Shown: one piece after another, positions 6,850 to 17,077 of the stretch
How the letters are laid out: each line of letters begins with the position of its first letter
How positions within the stretch are numbered: position 1 is the stretch's first letter
Source: a virus
Taxonomy: Duplodnaviria; Caudoviricetes
Strand: one strand, 5' to 3'
DNA length: 55,851 nt
Virus record (IMG/VR): IMGVR_UViG_3300025151_000004
Coordinates: 1-55,851 of that record
The notes under the pieces: model-generated
What the model was told of the DNA's origin: nothing
The model's database searches: none
What the model saw: only the letters and a program-made list of their open reading frames with translations
Program-made: the position numbers and the translations under genes

Positions 6850-8566
6850 AGCTACATCATCTAGGTTTCTCAGACACACCTCATGTGAAGCATGTGGTAG
6901 CAGTGATGCTAATGCAGTGTACGAAGACACCTATTCTAATGGATCTCAGGCGAACAGAACATACTGTTTCTCCTGTGAAAAAACGGATATGAATATGAAC
7001 CTAGACAACACAAATACCTATACCCATACTTCCTCTCCCTCCTACTCCACAGCCAGTAATGGCAATGGTCATGGCGGAAGAAAGGAATTCTCCGATATAC
7101 CTGATCGTAAGATTACCAAGGACACAGCAAAAACTTTTGGTGTACTTGTATCCAAGGATACAAATGGTGAGATTACATCCCATGCCTATCCTTATTATGA
7201 CAAAGACGGGCAGGAGATTGTAGCCTACAAGAAACGCATTTGCCTTGATAACCAAGGTAATGCTCAAAAGAATTTCACCATCCTTAATAATACAAAAAAA
7301 GCTGGATCATCCTTTGATCAAGCTTCGCTCTTTGGTCAGAACCTCTTCCCGCCTAGAGGTAAATTCATCACGATCACAGAGGGTGAGCTAGACTGTCTTG
7401 CAACCTATCAAATGCTGGGTAGCAAATGGCCTGTGGTCTCTCTTCGAACCGGCGCACAGGGTGCAGAGAAGGATATCAGGAAGAACCTAGATTTCTTTAA
7501 TTCATATGAAAAGATTGTCCTCTGTCTTGACAATGATGAGCCCGGTAAAAAGTCGGCTCAGAAATTATCAGAGATCTTTGAGATCGGTAAGTGTCTTATC
7601 ATGCCGATGTCCCGCAAAGATCCCTGCGAATACCTACAGAACAATGACACCACCACGTTTACCCGTGAATGGTGGAGGGCTAAACCGGTATCACCCGATG
7701 GCATTATTTCCGGTGAAGATATCTGGGAACTTGTATCAACTGAGCCTGAGAATAACTCCATCTCCTATCCATGGGAAGATCTGAATAAACTAACCTACGG
7801 AATCAGGCGTGGTGAGCTTGTTACAATTACAGCAGGATCAGGGATTGGTAAGAGTGCCATCCTCAGAGAAGTGATCTACCACATAATTCGAAACACAGAA
7901 TCCCGTATTGGGGCGCTGTTCATGGAGGAGAGTGTACGACGAACAGCCCAAGGCATTATGTCGATTGATGCCAATAAGCAATTCCACCTACCTAATACCG
8001 TGTACACACAAGAAGAATTAAAATCATCTTTTGATAACACAGTAGGCTGCGGTCGAGTCTTTCTCTATGACCACTTCGGATCATCTGAGATTGATAACAT
8101 AGTTAACCGCATCCGGTATATGGCCAAGGGTCTGGAGTGTGAGTATATATTCTTAGATCATATCTCCATCGTGGTCTCCTCACAGGAAAATGGAGACGAG
8201 AGAAAAGCCCTTGACGAAATTATGACCAAGCTTAGAATGCTTGTGCAGGAAACAAACATCGGGCTCTTTGTGGTATCCCACCTGAAGCGTCCACAAAATG
8301 GAGGAGGTCATGAACTTGGAGGGGTTACTACCCTTGCACAGTTAAGGGGATCGGCGGGTATAGCCCAGCTATCAGATATTGTTCTGGGACTCGAACGTAA
8401 CTCACAGGATGATGATCCCACCATCCGAAACACAACCATCGTAAGGGTTCTAAAAAATAGATTCTCTGGTGAGACCGGACCTACATCACGACTACTCTGG
8501 AATAAAGAGACAGGCCGTCTCAATGAGACCTTTGAAGAACTCGAACAATTAGAGGAGACATTTTAA
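6842..8566 (+). CDS. T7 gp4-like DNA primase-helicase
   Basis: N-terminal Zn finger, TOPRIM (ITEGELD, LDND), Walker A AGSGIGKS, DHIS, LRGS, KNRFSG. Confidence 0.95.
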   Translation: MPEATSSRFLRHTSCEACGSSDANAVYEDTYSNGSQANRTYCFSCEKTDMNMNLDNTNTYTHTSSPSYSTASNGNGHGGRKEFSDIPDRKITKDTAKTFGVLVSKDTNGEITSHAYPYYDKDGQEIVAYKKRICLDNQGNAQKNFTILNNTKKAGSSFDQASLFGQNLFPPRGKFITITEGELDCLATYQMLGSKWPVVSLRTGAQGAEKDIRKNLDFFNSYEKIVLCLDNDEPGKKSAQKLSEIFEIGKCLIMPMSRKDPCEYLQNNDTTTFTREWWRAKPVSPDGIISGEDIWELVSTEPENNSISYPWEDLNKLTYGIRRGELVTITAGSGIGKSAILREVIYHIIRNTESRIGALFMEESVRRTAQGIMSIDANKQFHLPNTVYTQEELKSSFDNTVGCGRVFLYDHFGSSEIDNIVNRIRYMAKGLECEYIFLDHISIVVSSQENGDERKALDEIMTKLRMLVQETNIGLFVVSHLKRPQNGGGHELGGVTTLAQLRGSAGIAQLSDIVLGLERNSQDDDPTIRNTTIVRVLKNRFSGETGPTSRLLWNKETGRLNETFEELEQLEETF

Positions 8567-8568
8567 AA

Positions 8569-9585
8569 ATGGTACAGGTAAATAAGAAAGCAATTGTAAC
8601 CGGAGTGCGTGGCCAAGATGGGTACTATCTAACAGAATTACTCCTTAAAAAAGGATACATAGTTACAGGGGTAACCAGAAGACGGAGCGATAAAACAGAA
8701 CCCCTCAGTCATGAGATGAAATACTTCCCTCATTATAAAGAGGTAGAAGGAGACATCTGTGATCCATCATTTATAATGAGCCTACTACAAGTTACAAAAC
8801 CAGATGAGTTCTATAATCTCGCTGCCCAATCCCATGTTGGTCATTCATTCAAATGTCCTGATACAACCTTCGAGACAAACGCTACAGCAGTCTTGAATAT
8901 ACTTGAAGCGATTAGACTAACATCGCCTATGACTAAATTTTATCAGGCGTCAACATCTGAAATGTACGGTACAGTAAAGGAAGGGATAGCGACTGAGCTA
9001 ACCCCGCTAAAGCCCTTCTCACCCTATGGTGTAGCCAAGACAGCAGCACATAATCTTGTGTCAGTTTATAGAGATTCCTATGATATCTGGGCTTGTTCTG
9101 GAATCCTCTTCAATCATGAGAGTGAGCGAAGGGGTCATGATTTTGTAACCAGAAAAATTACATCTTGGATTGCCTCAAATATTTCTAAGATTGAAACAGA
9201 CCATCTTGACACGAAGCTCTTGCTTGGTAATATCAATTCAGTGAGGGATTGGGGATACGCCCCTGATTATGTTTATGGGATGTGGCTCATGCTTCAAGCC
9301 CAATCCCCCGATGATTATGTTTTGGCAACTGGGGAAACATACTCTATTAAAGATTTATTAAACGTGGCCTTTAATTATATCGGCGTCACTGATTGGACCC
9401 CATATGTAAAGCACAGCACTCCAGAAAACATACGACCAAAGGATGTGACTAGATTATGTGGATCACCTCGAAAGGCAAAGGAGTTACTCAATTGGGAACC
9501 GAAGGTTTCATTTCGGGAAATGATAGGAAGGATGATAGACCATGACATTGCCCAATTCAATAAGCCGCCACATACTAGACATTGA
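8569..9585 (+). CDS. gmd: GDP-mannose 4,6-dehydratase
   Basis: TGVRGQDG, YNLAAQSHV, YQASTSE, SPYGVAK, GILFNHES, FVTRKI, RDWGYA. Confidence 0.93.
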   Translation: MVQVNKKAIVTGVRGQDGYYLTELLLKKGYIVTGVTRRRSDKTEPLSHEMKYFPHYKEVEGDICDPSFIMSLLQVTKPDEFYNLAAQSHVGHSFKCPDTTFETNATAVLNILEAIRLTSPMTKFYQASTSEMYGTVKEGIATELTPLKPFSPYGVAKTAAHNLVSVYRDSYDIWACSGILFNHESERRGHDFVTRKITSWIASNISKIETDHLDTKLLLGNINSVRDWGYAPDYVYGMWLMLQAQSPDDYVLATGETYSIKDLLNVAFNYIGVTDWTPYVKHSTPENIRPKDVTRLCGSPRKAKELLNWEPKVSFREMIGRMIDHDIAQFNKPPHTRH

Positions 9586-11245
9586 AACTGACAGTCTTAA
9601 CCCTTCTAAAATATATTGCATCATAACAAAGAAGATAATTGAATGCCCCTATAATAATCAGATTACCTTTGATGATCATGAAGTATATACTTTTGAAGGG
9701 TCTCTTCAGCACCCATCCTTAAACGACTTCAGGAAAAAATATCGTTATGATTCTGAAACTATTTTTGTAGGTCATAACTTAATAGCGTTTGATATGCCTG
9801 TGATTAATAAACTTTTAAGGATGGATATTAAACTATCACAGATTGAAGACACCCTTCTCCTGTCACAGTTAGCTGAGCCCAGACGTGAAGGGGGACACTC
9901 CCTTAAAAACTGGGGCAACATTCTTAACTCAGAAAAGATTATGTTCAATGATTTTGAATCGGGCCTTTCTGAAAAGATGCTGACCTATTGTAAGCAAGAC
10001 GTAGACCTGACGGGTAAAGTCTGGATGGCCCTTCAGAATAAAGAAATCCCGGAAAATGTTATCGAGACAGAGAAGAAAGTAAGACACATTATACATGAGC
10101 AGGAAAGGAATGGGTTCTGCCTTGACATGCCAAAGGTCATGGAGTTTTCATCTTATCTTAACGATAATGTAGGTAAGATAGAGAAAGAACTTCAGGATAT
10201 ATTCGAGCCGACTACGATTCATCTGAAGACGAAGACTAAAGTTATCCCCTTCAATCCGGGTTCACGCCACCAGATTGCTGACAGACTCATCTCCCAATTT
10301 GGATGGGAACCTCAGAAGTTTACCCCCACCGGTAAGCCAATGGTTGATGAGAAAATTCTTCAGGAGATAAATTCTTTTGAGTCTTTAAAGTTGGTTGAAT
10401 ACCTCACCCTACAAAAAAGACATGCTCAGGTTCTTTCGTGGATAAAGGCCGTTGATAGTGACAACACTGTACATGGACGTGTACACACGCTTGGGACTGT
10501 TACAGGTAGGATGACCCATTCAAATCCAAACATGGCACAGGTGCCCTCTGTACGTGCACCCTATGGCAAGGAATGTAGAGAGGTATGGGTGCCACGTAAT
10601 ACATCGGAGAATGTGCTATTCGGCTGTGATGCAAAGTCCCTCGAACTAAGATGCCTAGCCCATTATATGGATGATGCTGATTTTACAAATGAAGTTATCT
10701 ATGGTGATATCCATACCTTCAATCAGCAGAAAGCTAAGCTCAAGACACGAGATCAGGCAAAGACTTTTATCTATGCCTTAATCTACGGGGCAGGTCCTGC
10801 CAAGATAGGCACCATCGTTGGTGGTGGTGTTAATGAGGGGAAGCAGCTTATAGATAATTTTATGACTTCAATGCCTAAGCTTCAACGGTTGAAGCAACGT
10901 GTTGACAGGGTTGTTCAGACAAGGTTTATACCCGGTATCGACGGTCGTAAAGTTCCAGTTGAGTATCCACATACTGGGCTTAACTATCTTCTCCAAGGGG
11001 CCGGGGCTATTATCTGCAAGCACTGGCTGATACAGATGTACGACCTTGCCCATGATCAATCTATTAGGGCCTTCCCTGTTGCTAACATTCATGACGAAAT
11101 GCAGTGGGAAGTTAATAAAAAAGATGTTGACAAACTAACGGAGGTAGCGCATAAAGCAATCAGTAACGTGAAAAGTATTTTAGAGTTTCGTTGTGATTTG
11201 GGTTGTGATGTGAAGACTGGAAAAAATTGGGCTGAGACTCATTGA
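9542..11245 (+). CDS. polA: family A DNA polymerase with 3'-5' exonuclease (T7-like)
   Basis: DIET exo I, DAKSLELR motif A, AKTFIYALIYG motif B (Tyr at the 762-equivalent), IHDE motif C. Confidence 0.95.
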   Translation: MTLPNSISRHILDIETDSLNPSKIYCIITKKIIECPYNNQITFDDHEVYTFEGSLQHPSLNDFRKKYRYDSETIFVGHNLIAFDMPVINKLLRMDIKLSQIEDTLLLSQLAEPRREGGHSLKNWGNILNSEKIMFNDFESGLSEKMLTYCKQDVDLTGKVWMALQNKEIPENVIETEKKVRHIIHEQERNGFCLDMPKVMEFSSYLNDNVGKIEKELQDIFEPTTIHLKTKTKVIPFNPGSRHQIADRLISQFGWEPQKFTPTGKPMVDEKILQEINSFESLKLVEYLTLQKRHAQVLSWIKAVDSDNTVHGRVHTLGTVTGRMTHSNPNMAQVPSVRAPYGKECREVWVPRNTSENVLFGCDAKSLELRCLAHYMDDADFTNEVIYGDIHTFNQQKAKLKTRDQAKTFIYALIYGAGPAKIGTIVGGGVNEGKQLIDNFMTSMPKLQRLKQRVDRVVQTRFIPGIDGRKVPVEYPHTGLNYLLQGAGAIICKHWLIQMYDLAHDQSIRAFPVANIHDEMQWEVNKKDVDKLTEVAHKAISNVKSILEFRCDLGCDVKTGKNWAETH

Positions 11246-11313
11246 TATCCAACTCGACACGCCTATATCCAAATCCTGACAAATATACACACATACACAT
11301 GAGGAAATAAAGA

Positions 11314-11829
11314 ATGCCACAAGCAGAAAAAAAGTCTGAGCGATTTGTTTTGGCCGGTAAGATGTACTATGGCCACCTACACCCTGAGTATCCTGATACA
11401 GCCTATACCCCCCGATGGGGCATGGCTCTTTCTGTAGATTCTGATATGCAGAATGTAGCCACCTCGAATGGAATGGCACTAAAGGACGCTACAAGTATTA
11501 TGGATAACCCCTATGTGAACCTTCATAAGAATGTGAAGAAGGCAAATGGGGAAGACAACGTGGCTCCGGTAGTACTGGATTCAAAGAAGAATCTTATCCC
11601 ATCGGATGTACTCAGCCGTCTAGGCTGGGGCTCAGATGTTAAAGTTTTGGTATCCAAATTTTGGATGTCTAAGTGGAAGAAGTGGGGCTACGTCATCGAC
11701 AAGGTTCAGATTATTAATCTTGTTGAATATACAAATGATGACGGGCTTAGTGAAGAAGACGGCTTTGATTCAAGGCCCGTTGATAATTCGCCATCCAATA
11801 CTAATCCGGATGACGACCTTCCATTCTAA
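11314..11829 (+). CDS. single-stranded DNA-binding protein (gp2.5-like)
   Basis: position after polymerase, GSDVKV and VQIINLVEY segments, acidic tail ending DDDLPF. Confidence 0.75.
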   Translation: MPQAEKKSERFVLAGKMYYGHLHPEYPDTAYTPRWGMALSVDSDMQNVATSNGMALKDATSIMDNPYVNLHKNVKKANGEDNVAPVVLDSKKNLIPSDVLSRLGWGSDVKVLVSKFWMSKWKKWGYVIDKVQIINLVEYTNDDGLSEEDGFDSRPVDNSPSNTNPDDDLPF

Positions 11830-11842
11830 TCGGAGAGAGTAG

Positions 11843-12685
11843 ATGACTGTATCTAATATCGTAGAAGATTTAAGGCGGACCATCGAATCTGGTGAGTCTT
11901 CTCCTTCTGCAAAAGACCTTGATATCTTCCTCGATGAAGTAAGAGATGCAGTTATCTCCCTCTTTGATAGGAGGGATTCAAGTGATAAAGGCGAGAACAG
12001 TATCCTCCGATTCTCTGCACTTGGGAAGAAAAACAGACAGTTGTGGTACCGGGCACATTTAGAAGATGCCTCAGACCATTCCCTTCCATATGATACACAA
12101 TTAAAATTTACATATGGACATATCCTTGAATCCCTCCTCCTTCTTCTTGTTAAGACTGCCGGATACGACGTTAGTCATATTCAGCAAGAATATGAGATGG
12201 ACGGAGTTAAAGGACATATCGACTGTAAAATTAATGGAATCATAGTTGATTGTAAAAGTGCCTCTGACTACGGGTTCCAGAAATTTAAGAAGGGTGATCT
12301 ATTGGACGATCCTTTCGGATATATGCACCAGCTTGCAGCCTACGTTCAGGCTGATGGTACGCAATCAGAAGGGGGATTCCTTGTCATCAATAAAACTACG
12401 GGCGAAGTATGCTACATGAACGTCCACGATTTAGAGTTACCTAATGCCAGAAATAGAATCGCAGAAGTTAAAGAAATCATCACCTCCAAAGAACCCCCGG
12501 AAAGATGTTATGCCCCCGCCACCGCAAAAAAGGATGGGAAGCAGTACCTCAAAACGGGGTGCGTCTACTGCGACTTCAAAGAAACGTGCTGGGAAGAAAC
12601 AAACGGTGGCCAAGGGCTTATCAAAGAAACAGGCCCGTATGGCAAAACTCGCTGGTACACAGACGCCGTGGGTCATTCATTCTAA
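11843..12685 (+). CDS. PD-(D/E)XK / Cas4-like exonuclease
   Basis: GHID..IVDCKS, Y.HQL..Y, C-terminal CVYC..K..CW. Confidence 0.8.
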   Translation: MTVSNIVEDLRRTIESGESSPSAKDLDIFLDEVRDAVISLFDRRDSSDKGENSILRFSALGKKNRQLWYRAHLEDASDHSLPYDTQLKFTYGHILESLLLLLVKTAGYDVSHIQQEYEMDGVKGHIDCKINGIIVDCKSASDYGFQKFKKGDLLDDPFGYMHQLAAYVQADGTQSEGGFLVINKTTGEVCYMNVHDLELPNARNRIAEVKEIITSKEPPERCYAPATAKKDGKQYLKTGCVYCDFKETCWEETNGGQGLIKETGPYGKTRWYTDAVGHSF

Positions 12686-13115
12686 GGAACAGGGTGATCC
12701 AGACCCAGACTGGTATTTTGGATTTTTGTATTTAATCTATAATAAAAAGAATGGTAGAAAATATATAGGGAAGAAACAATACAAAAGATACTCGAAGGGT
12801 AAACCAATTGGGCACACTGATTGGAAATCGTACACAGGTTCTTCTAAATATCTAAACCAAGATATTAACAAGATGGGCCTCAGTAATTTTAAATTTGTTA
12901 TGATCCGTCAATTTGAAACACGGGGTGGCCTTACATACTATGAGGCGAATGCCCAACATAAAATGGATGTGATGACATCTCGGATTGACGGCCTTGAAGA
13001 AAGAGAGTATTACAACGCTAACATCATGGGGATAAAGTTTGTTACTAAAGAAGTAGTCCCCAACATCAATCAACTACTAGAGGAAATTATAAATGTCTAC
13101 TGCAACACAGATTAA
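12639..13115 (+). CDS. GIY-YIG family endonuclease
   Basis: GFLYLI..KYIGKK, Y.GSS, YYNANI; start uncertain (frame is open from 12444). Confidence 0.75.
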   Translation: MAKLAGTQTPWVIHSKEQGDPDPDWYFGFLYLIYNKKNGRKYIGKKQYKRYSKGKPIGHTDWKSYTGSSKYLNQDINKMGLSNFKFVMIRQFETRGGLTYYEANAQHKMDVMTSRIDGLEEREYYNANIMGIKFVTKEVVPNINQLLEEIINVYCNTD

Positions 13116-13329
13116 TACCATTCAAGATCACCTTACCAACGTAGGTCATATCTCAGCACGGGAAGCTATGCTAGATTACGGCATCGTATCATTACGAGAT
13201 GCTATCTACCGTCTACGTCGGAAGGGATTTACGATTATCTCAGAAGAACGTATTAACCCTGCTACCAATAAAAAGTACATTCGTTATTGGACAACGAAAC
13301 AATATCGACAGGCTCGTAGGGTTTCTTGA
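13093..13329 (+). CDS. winged helix-turn-helix DNA-binding protein
   Basis: ISAREAM..YGI..L...IY.LR..GF.I pattern; GAGGA RBS. Confidence 0.75.
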   Translation: MSTATQINTIQDHLTNVGHISAREAMLDYGIVSLRDAIYRLRRKGFTIISEERINPATNKKYIRYWTTKQYRQARRVS

Positions 13330-13706
13330 TAGACTTTGAACCCAATGAGACAGAAGATAAAGATCTCGATTATGTCTCTTTGAATATGCTCAGGGTTTCA
13401 GACCATGATTGGAGCCCTGAGCAAATTCTCTGGCTGGCTGTTATAGCTCAAGCCCTCTTAGATGCGACCAAAGAACCACGGGAGACAGACTCTGCTGCTC
13501 TGATAGAATATAGAAGATCAGCTACACGATGGCTTACGACAGTATCAGCATGTGTTACTTCCAAAGATATGGAAGAGGTCTGTGAACTTGCCGGTATTTC
13601 TCCCACTAGTATAAGAACCCTTTCGTCTAATATAATATATGAGGGGCGTCCTTTTGAAAGATTTAGAATAAACGCCCTCTTGGATTATGCAACAAGGGAG
13701 TTATAA
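13326..13706 (+). CDS. conserved hypothetical phage protein
   Basis: EQILWLAVIAQALLDA..VCELAG pattern; coupled to upstream gene. Confidence 0.7.
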   Translation: MIDFEPNETEDKDLDYVSLNMLRVSDHDWSPEQILWLAVIAQALLDATKEPRETDSAALIEYRRSATRWLTTVSACVTSKDMEEVCELAGISPTSIRTLSSNIIYEGRPFERFRINALLDYATREL

Positions 13707-13708
13707 AA

Positions 13709-13939
13709 ATGGATGTAGGTTTATGGGTTGTGTTTGTTGTTTATGCCTTTTCAGCATCACCTGCGATGGATATGCCCCCTATGTACGTGGGTTCAGATCG
13801 AGAAGAGTGCGAATCAATTAGTGACTTTTTCAACTCTAATCTCATTGAAGGAGATGAATATAAAACATCAGTGTGCCTCCAAGTAGGTGACACATATAAC
13901 CCGGAAAAAGATTTTGTTCCTGAATTAGAAGTTATCTAA
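13709..13939 (+). CDS. hypothetical exported/membrane protein
   Basis: hydrophobic N-terminus, two Cys; GGGAG RBS. Confidence 0.65.
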   Translation: MDVGLWVVFVVYAFSASPAMDMPPMYVGSDREECESISDFFNSNLIEGDEYKTSVCLQVGDTYNPEKDFVPELEVI

Positions 13940-13962
13940 AACTAAGAAACTAGGAATTTAAA

Positions 13963-14253
13963 ATGGAAGATAATTTAAACTTTTCTAAGTTTATTAAAAA
14001 AGAATTTATACCTTATTTAGAAGACGATATGAATTGTGAAGATAAAGTAAACCACCCGAGCCACTATCAATCAGGGGGTCTTGAGGTTATTGATATTATC
14101 GAAACCAAGCTTTCTTCAGATCAGCTAAAAGGATATTACCTTGGTAACATCTTAAAATATGTTTTTAGACATGAATATAAAGACGGTATTACTGATCTGA
14201 AGAAAGCCCGTTGGTACTTAGATAGATTGATAACCTATAATGAAAAAACCTGA
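13963..14253 (+). CDS. DUF3310 / T7 gp1.7-like nucleotide kinase domain protein
   Basis: VNHPSHY, GNILKY, DLKKARWYL. Confidence 0.85.
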   Translation: MEDNLNFSKFIKKEFIPYLEDDMNCEDKVNHPSHYQSGGLEVIDIIETKLSSDQLKGYYLGNILKYVFRHEYKDGITDLKKARWYLDRLITYNEKT

Positions 14254-14488
14254 TATACGAAAAATAATATGGAACGATGCCCGTGGAGGCTGCTCCAACT
14301 GGACATTGTATGACCCGGATGATTATGTACCTCCTGCGGTCACTACAATAGGTCAGGTATTTAAAGAAACAAAAGATTACATTGTACTACTATCCTCTTT
14401 CTATGAGGATGAACCCGGTGTGGTACACCACCATAACGGCGTTCTTATTTTAAAAAAGACTATCATTGAACAAAGCACATTAACATAA
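14240..14488 (+). CDS. hypothetical protein
   Basis: 82 aa with IIWNDA motif, overlaps upstream stop. Confidence 0.65.
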   Translation: MKKPDIRKIIWNDARGGCSNWTLYDPDDYVPPAVTTIGQVFKETKDYIVLLSSFYEDEPGVVHHHNGVLILKKTIIEQSTLT

Positions 14489-14505
14489 AGAAACGGAGAG
14501 GTAAG

Positions 14506-14916
14506 ATGAATATCGACGACTACCAAAGCAGTGCAGCAAAAACAGCCGTGTATCCTGATACAGCAAAGTACCACTACCCAGCGATGGGATTAGCCGGAGA
14601 AGCTGGAGAGGTTACTAACAAGTTAAAGAAGGTTATGCGTGGCGACACTACACTAGATGATATTAAAGAGGATGTTCTGCATGAAATTGGAGACGTACTA
14701 TGGTATATCGCAGCACTCTGTAATGATTTAGAAACACCGATGTCCACGGTGGCTCAGCTAAATTTAGATAAACTCAACGGACGTCTGGAAAGGAATGTTC
14801 TTGGCGGTAAAAAAATGAGAGATAAAATGCTGGAACAGCAGGCAGTCATTGACCATTTAAAGGCCAAGACAGAGAAGCTAGAGGAACAAATCAGTTTCTC
14901 TTTGCGTCTCCCCTAA
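14506..14916 (+). CDS. mazG: MazG-like nucleotide pyrophosphohydrolase
   Basis: GLAGEAGEV and EIGDVLWY motifs. Confidence 0.88.
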   Translation: MNIDDYQSSAAKTAVYPDTAKYHYPAMGLAGEAGEVTNKLKKVMRGDTTLDDIKEDVLHEIGDVLWYIAALCNDLETPMSTVAQLNLDKLNGRLERNVLGGKKMRDKMLEQQAVIDHLKAKTEKLEEQISFSLRLP

Positions 14917-14946
14917 AACCTATTATACAATCAAGGTTCACGACAA

Positions 14947-15147
14947 ATGTCAGATCGAAAAATCCCTGATTATCTCACTTCTTGGAAAGATAGCGTACAT
15001 CTTGCTAACCGTATCCGAAAATATTGGGCACGGAGAGGCGTGACTGTGAATGTTGTTGTTGAGAAATTTATGATGGGAAGTGCTGGGCCTTACTACCAGA
15101 TAAGATCTGATCTTTTTATGAAAGGATCCCAAGATGAAGACAAATAA
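14947..15147 (+). CDS. hypothetical protein
   Basis: 66 aa, overlaps RNR start. Confidence 0.55.
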   Translation: MSDRKIPDYLTSWKDSVHLANRIRKYWARRGVTVNVVVEKFMMGSAGPYYQIRSDLFMKGSQDEDK

Positions 15148-17077
15148 TTATCTACCAACCCTCTATCAACAATACATTCACCTGTCACGTTACTCACGAT
15201 GGGTTAAAGAAGAAGAGCGCCGTGAGACATTTGATGAAACGGTGTCACGATATTTTGATTTCTTCACCGACCACATTGGTGCCAATGTTCTTACAAAAGA
15301 ACTAAGAGCATATTTAGAAGAAAAGGTTTTATCACTCGGGGTGATGCCATCAATGCGCTGCTTGATGACAGCAGGCCCTGCATTGAAGCGGGAGAACATT
15401 GCCGGCTACAACTGCTCGTATGTTCCTATTGATCACCCCAGAGCTTTTGATGAAACTCTGTATATTCTTATGAATGGAACAGGTGTTGGGTTCTCAGTTG
15501 AGAAAGACTTTGTAAACAAACTTCCTATTGTTTCAGACCACATGGAAGACTCAGATTCTATCATCCATGTCGCTGATTCTAAGGAAGGTTGGGCTCGTGG
15601 TCTTCGTGAGTTAATTGGTGCACTCTATCAAGGTTCTATCCCTAAGTGGGATCTTAGCGATGTGCGTCCTGCTGGAACCCTTCTAAAAGTTTTTGGTGGA
15701 CGGGCTTCAGGTCCGGTCCCTCTTGATAATCTTTTTCGGTTCACTGTAGAAATTTTTAAACAGTCTATTGGTAGAAAGCTGAGTCCTATCGAATGCCATG
15801 ACTTGATGTGCAAGATTGGTGAGAGCGTTGTCGTTGGCGGTGTCCGGCGTTCAGCGTTGATTTCTCTGTCAGACTTGGATGACGTGAGTATGCGTCAAGC
15901 CAAGGGCACCCCCTACTGGTGGAAGACCCATCCACATCGAGGACTGTCGAACAACTCTGTCTGTTACAAGAACACCCCCGGCTCATCCGATATATTCACA
16001 GATATTGGTGAATTTATGGATGAGTGGAATTCTCTTTATCAGTCGAGAAGTGGTGAGCGTGGTATCTTTAATCGTGAAGCAGCAAAGATGCATGTGGAAA
16101 AGAATGGACGCCGTGACTCAAACCATGATTTCGGAACAAACCCCTGCTCTGAAATTATTCTTAGACCAAATCAATTTTGTAATTTAACAGAAGTCGTATG
16201 TCGTCCCACAGATACTGAAGAAGACCTTATGGATAAGGTTAAGGCCGCAACCATTCTGGGTACCTTACAATCAACCCTGACAAATTTTAAGTATCTCCGA
16301 AAAATCTGGACTAACAATACAGAAGAAGAAAGGCTTCTAGGTGTATCTCTAACAGGAATCTTAGACTGCCCTCTTCTAACTTGGGAAAATAATAATCTGG
16401 AGAAGCTTCTGAATGACCTACGCAACCATGCAATTAATGTTAATCACGAGTTCGCTAATAAGCTGGGTATCAACCCAAGCACGGCTATTACTTGCGTTAA
16501 ACCTAGTGGTACTGTTTCTCAGCTTGTGGATAGCTCTAGCGGTATTCATGCTCGTCATAACCCCCATTATGTACGTAATGTACGTTCTGATATCAAAGAT
16601 CCTCTTACTAATTTCATGGTTGAGAAAGGATTCCCGCATGAGCTAGAGATAAGCCACGATCCTAGTAATCCATCACAGAATATGGTCTTTTCCTTTCCGA
16701 TGGAATCACCACCAACGACAGTCTGCCGCAATGATATGAGTTCTATTGAGCAGCTTGAATTCTGGAAAATCTATGCGACAGCGTGGTGTGAACACAAACC
16801 CTCTGTAACAATCTCCATGAAGGATAGCGAGTGGCTCCATACTGGTGCGTGGGTCTATGACAATTTTAATTTATGTTCGGGTATTTCATTCCTACCTACG
16901 GCGGACCATATCTATGAGCAAGCCCCTTACATTGATATTGACAAAGAACAATATAAGGAATTATCTATGACTATGCCGAAAGAAATTAACTGGGAAGATC
17001 TTTCTTTGTTTGAAAAAGAAGATAACACCAAGGCTTCTCAAGAGCTTGCATGTACTGCTGGTGTCTGCGAAATCTAA
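15134..17077 (+). CDS. nrdJ: class II (adenosylcobalamin-dependent) ribonucleotide reductase
   Basis: NCSY, VGGVRRSA, TNPCSEI, CNLTEV, VKPSGT, C-terminal CTAGVCEI; no small subunit gene seen. Confidence 0.9.
   Translation: MKTNNYLPTLYQQYIHLSRYSRWVKEEERRETFDETVSRYFDFFTDHIGANVLTKELRAYLEEKVLSLGVMPSMRCLMTAGPALKRENIAGYNCSYVPIDHPRAFDETLYILMNGTGVGFSVEKDFVNKLPIVSDHMEDSDSIIHVADSKEGWARGLRELIGALYQGSIPKWDLSDVRPAGTLLKVFGGRASGPVPLDNLFRFTVEIFKQSIGRKLSPIECHDLMCKIGESVVVGGVRRSALISLSDLDDVSMRQAKGTPYWWKTHPHRGLSNNSVCYKNTPGSSDIFTDIGEFMDEWNSLYQSRSGERGIFNREAAKMHVEKNGRRDSNHDFGTNPCSEIILRPNQFCNLTEVVCRPTDTEEDLMDKVKAATILGTLQSTLTNFKYLRKIWTNNTEEERLLGVSLTGILDCPLLTWENNNLEKLLNDLRNHAINVNHEFANKLGINPSTAITCVKPSGTVSQLVDSSSGIHARHNPHYVRNVRSDIKDPLTNFMVEKGFPHELEISHDPSNPSQNMVFSFPMESPPTTVCRNDMSSIEQLEFWKIYATAWCEHKPSVTISMKDSEWLHTGAWVYDNFNLCSGISFLPTADHIYEQAPYIDIDKEQYKELSMTMPKEINWEDLSLFEKEDNTKASQELACTAGVCEI

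Noticed and set aside
12444-12638. Long basic N-terminal extension of the GIY-YIG nuclease
   Set aside because: Overlaps the exonuclease C-terminus; more likely an open shadow frame, with start near 12639
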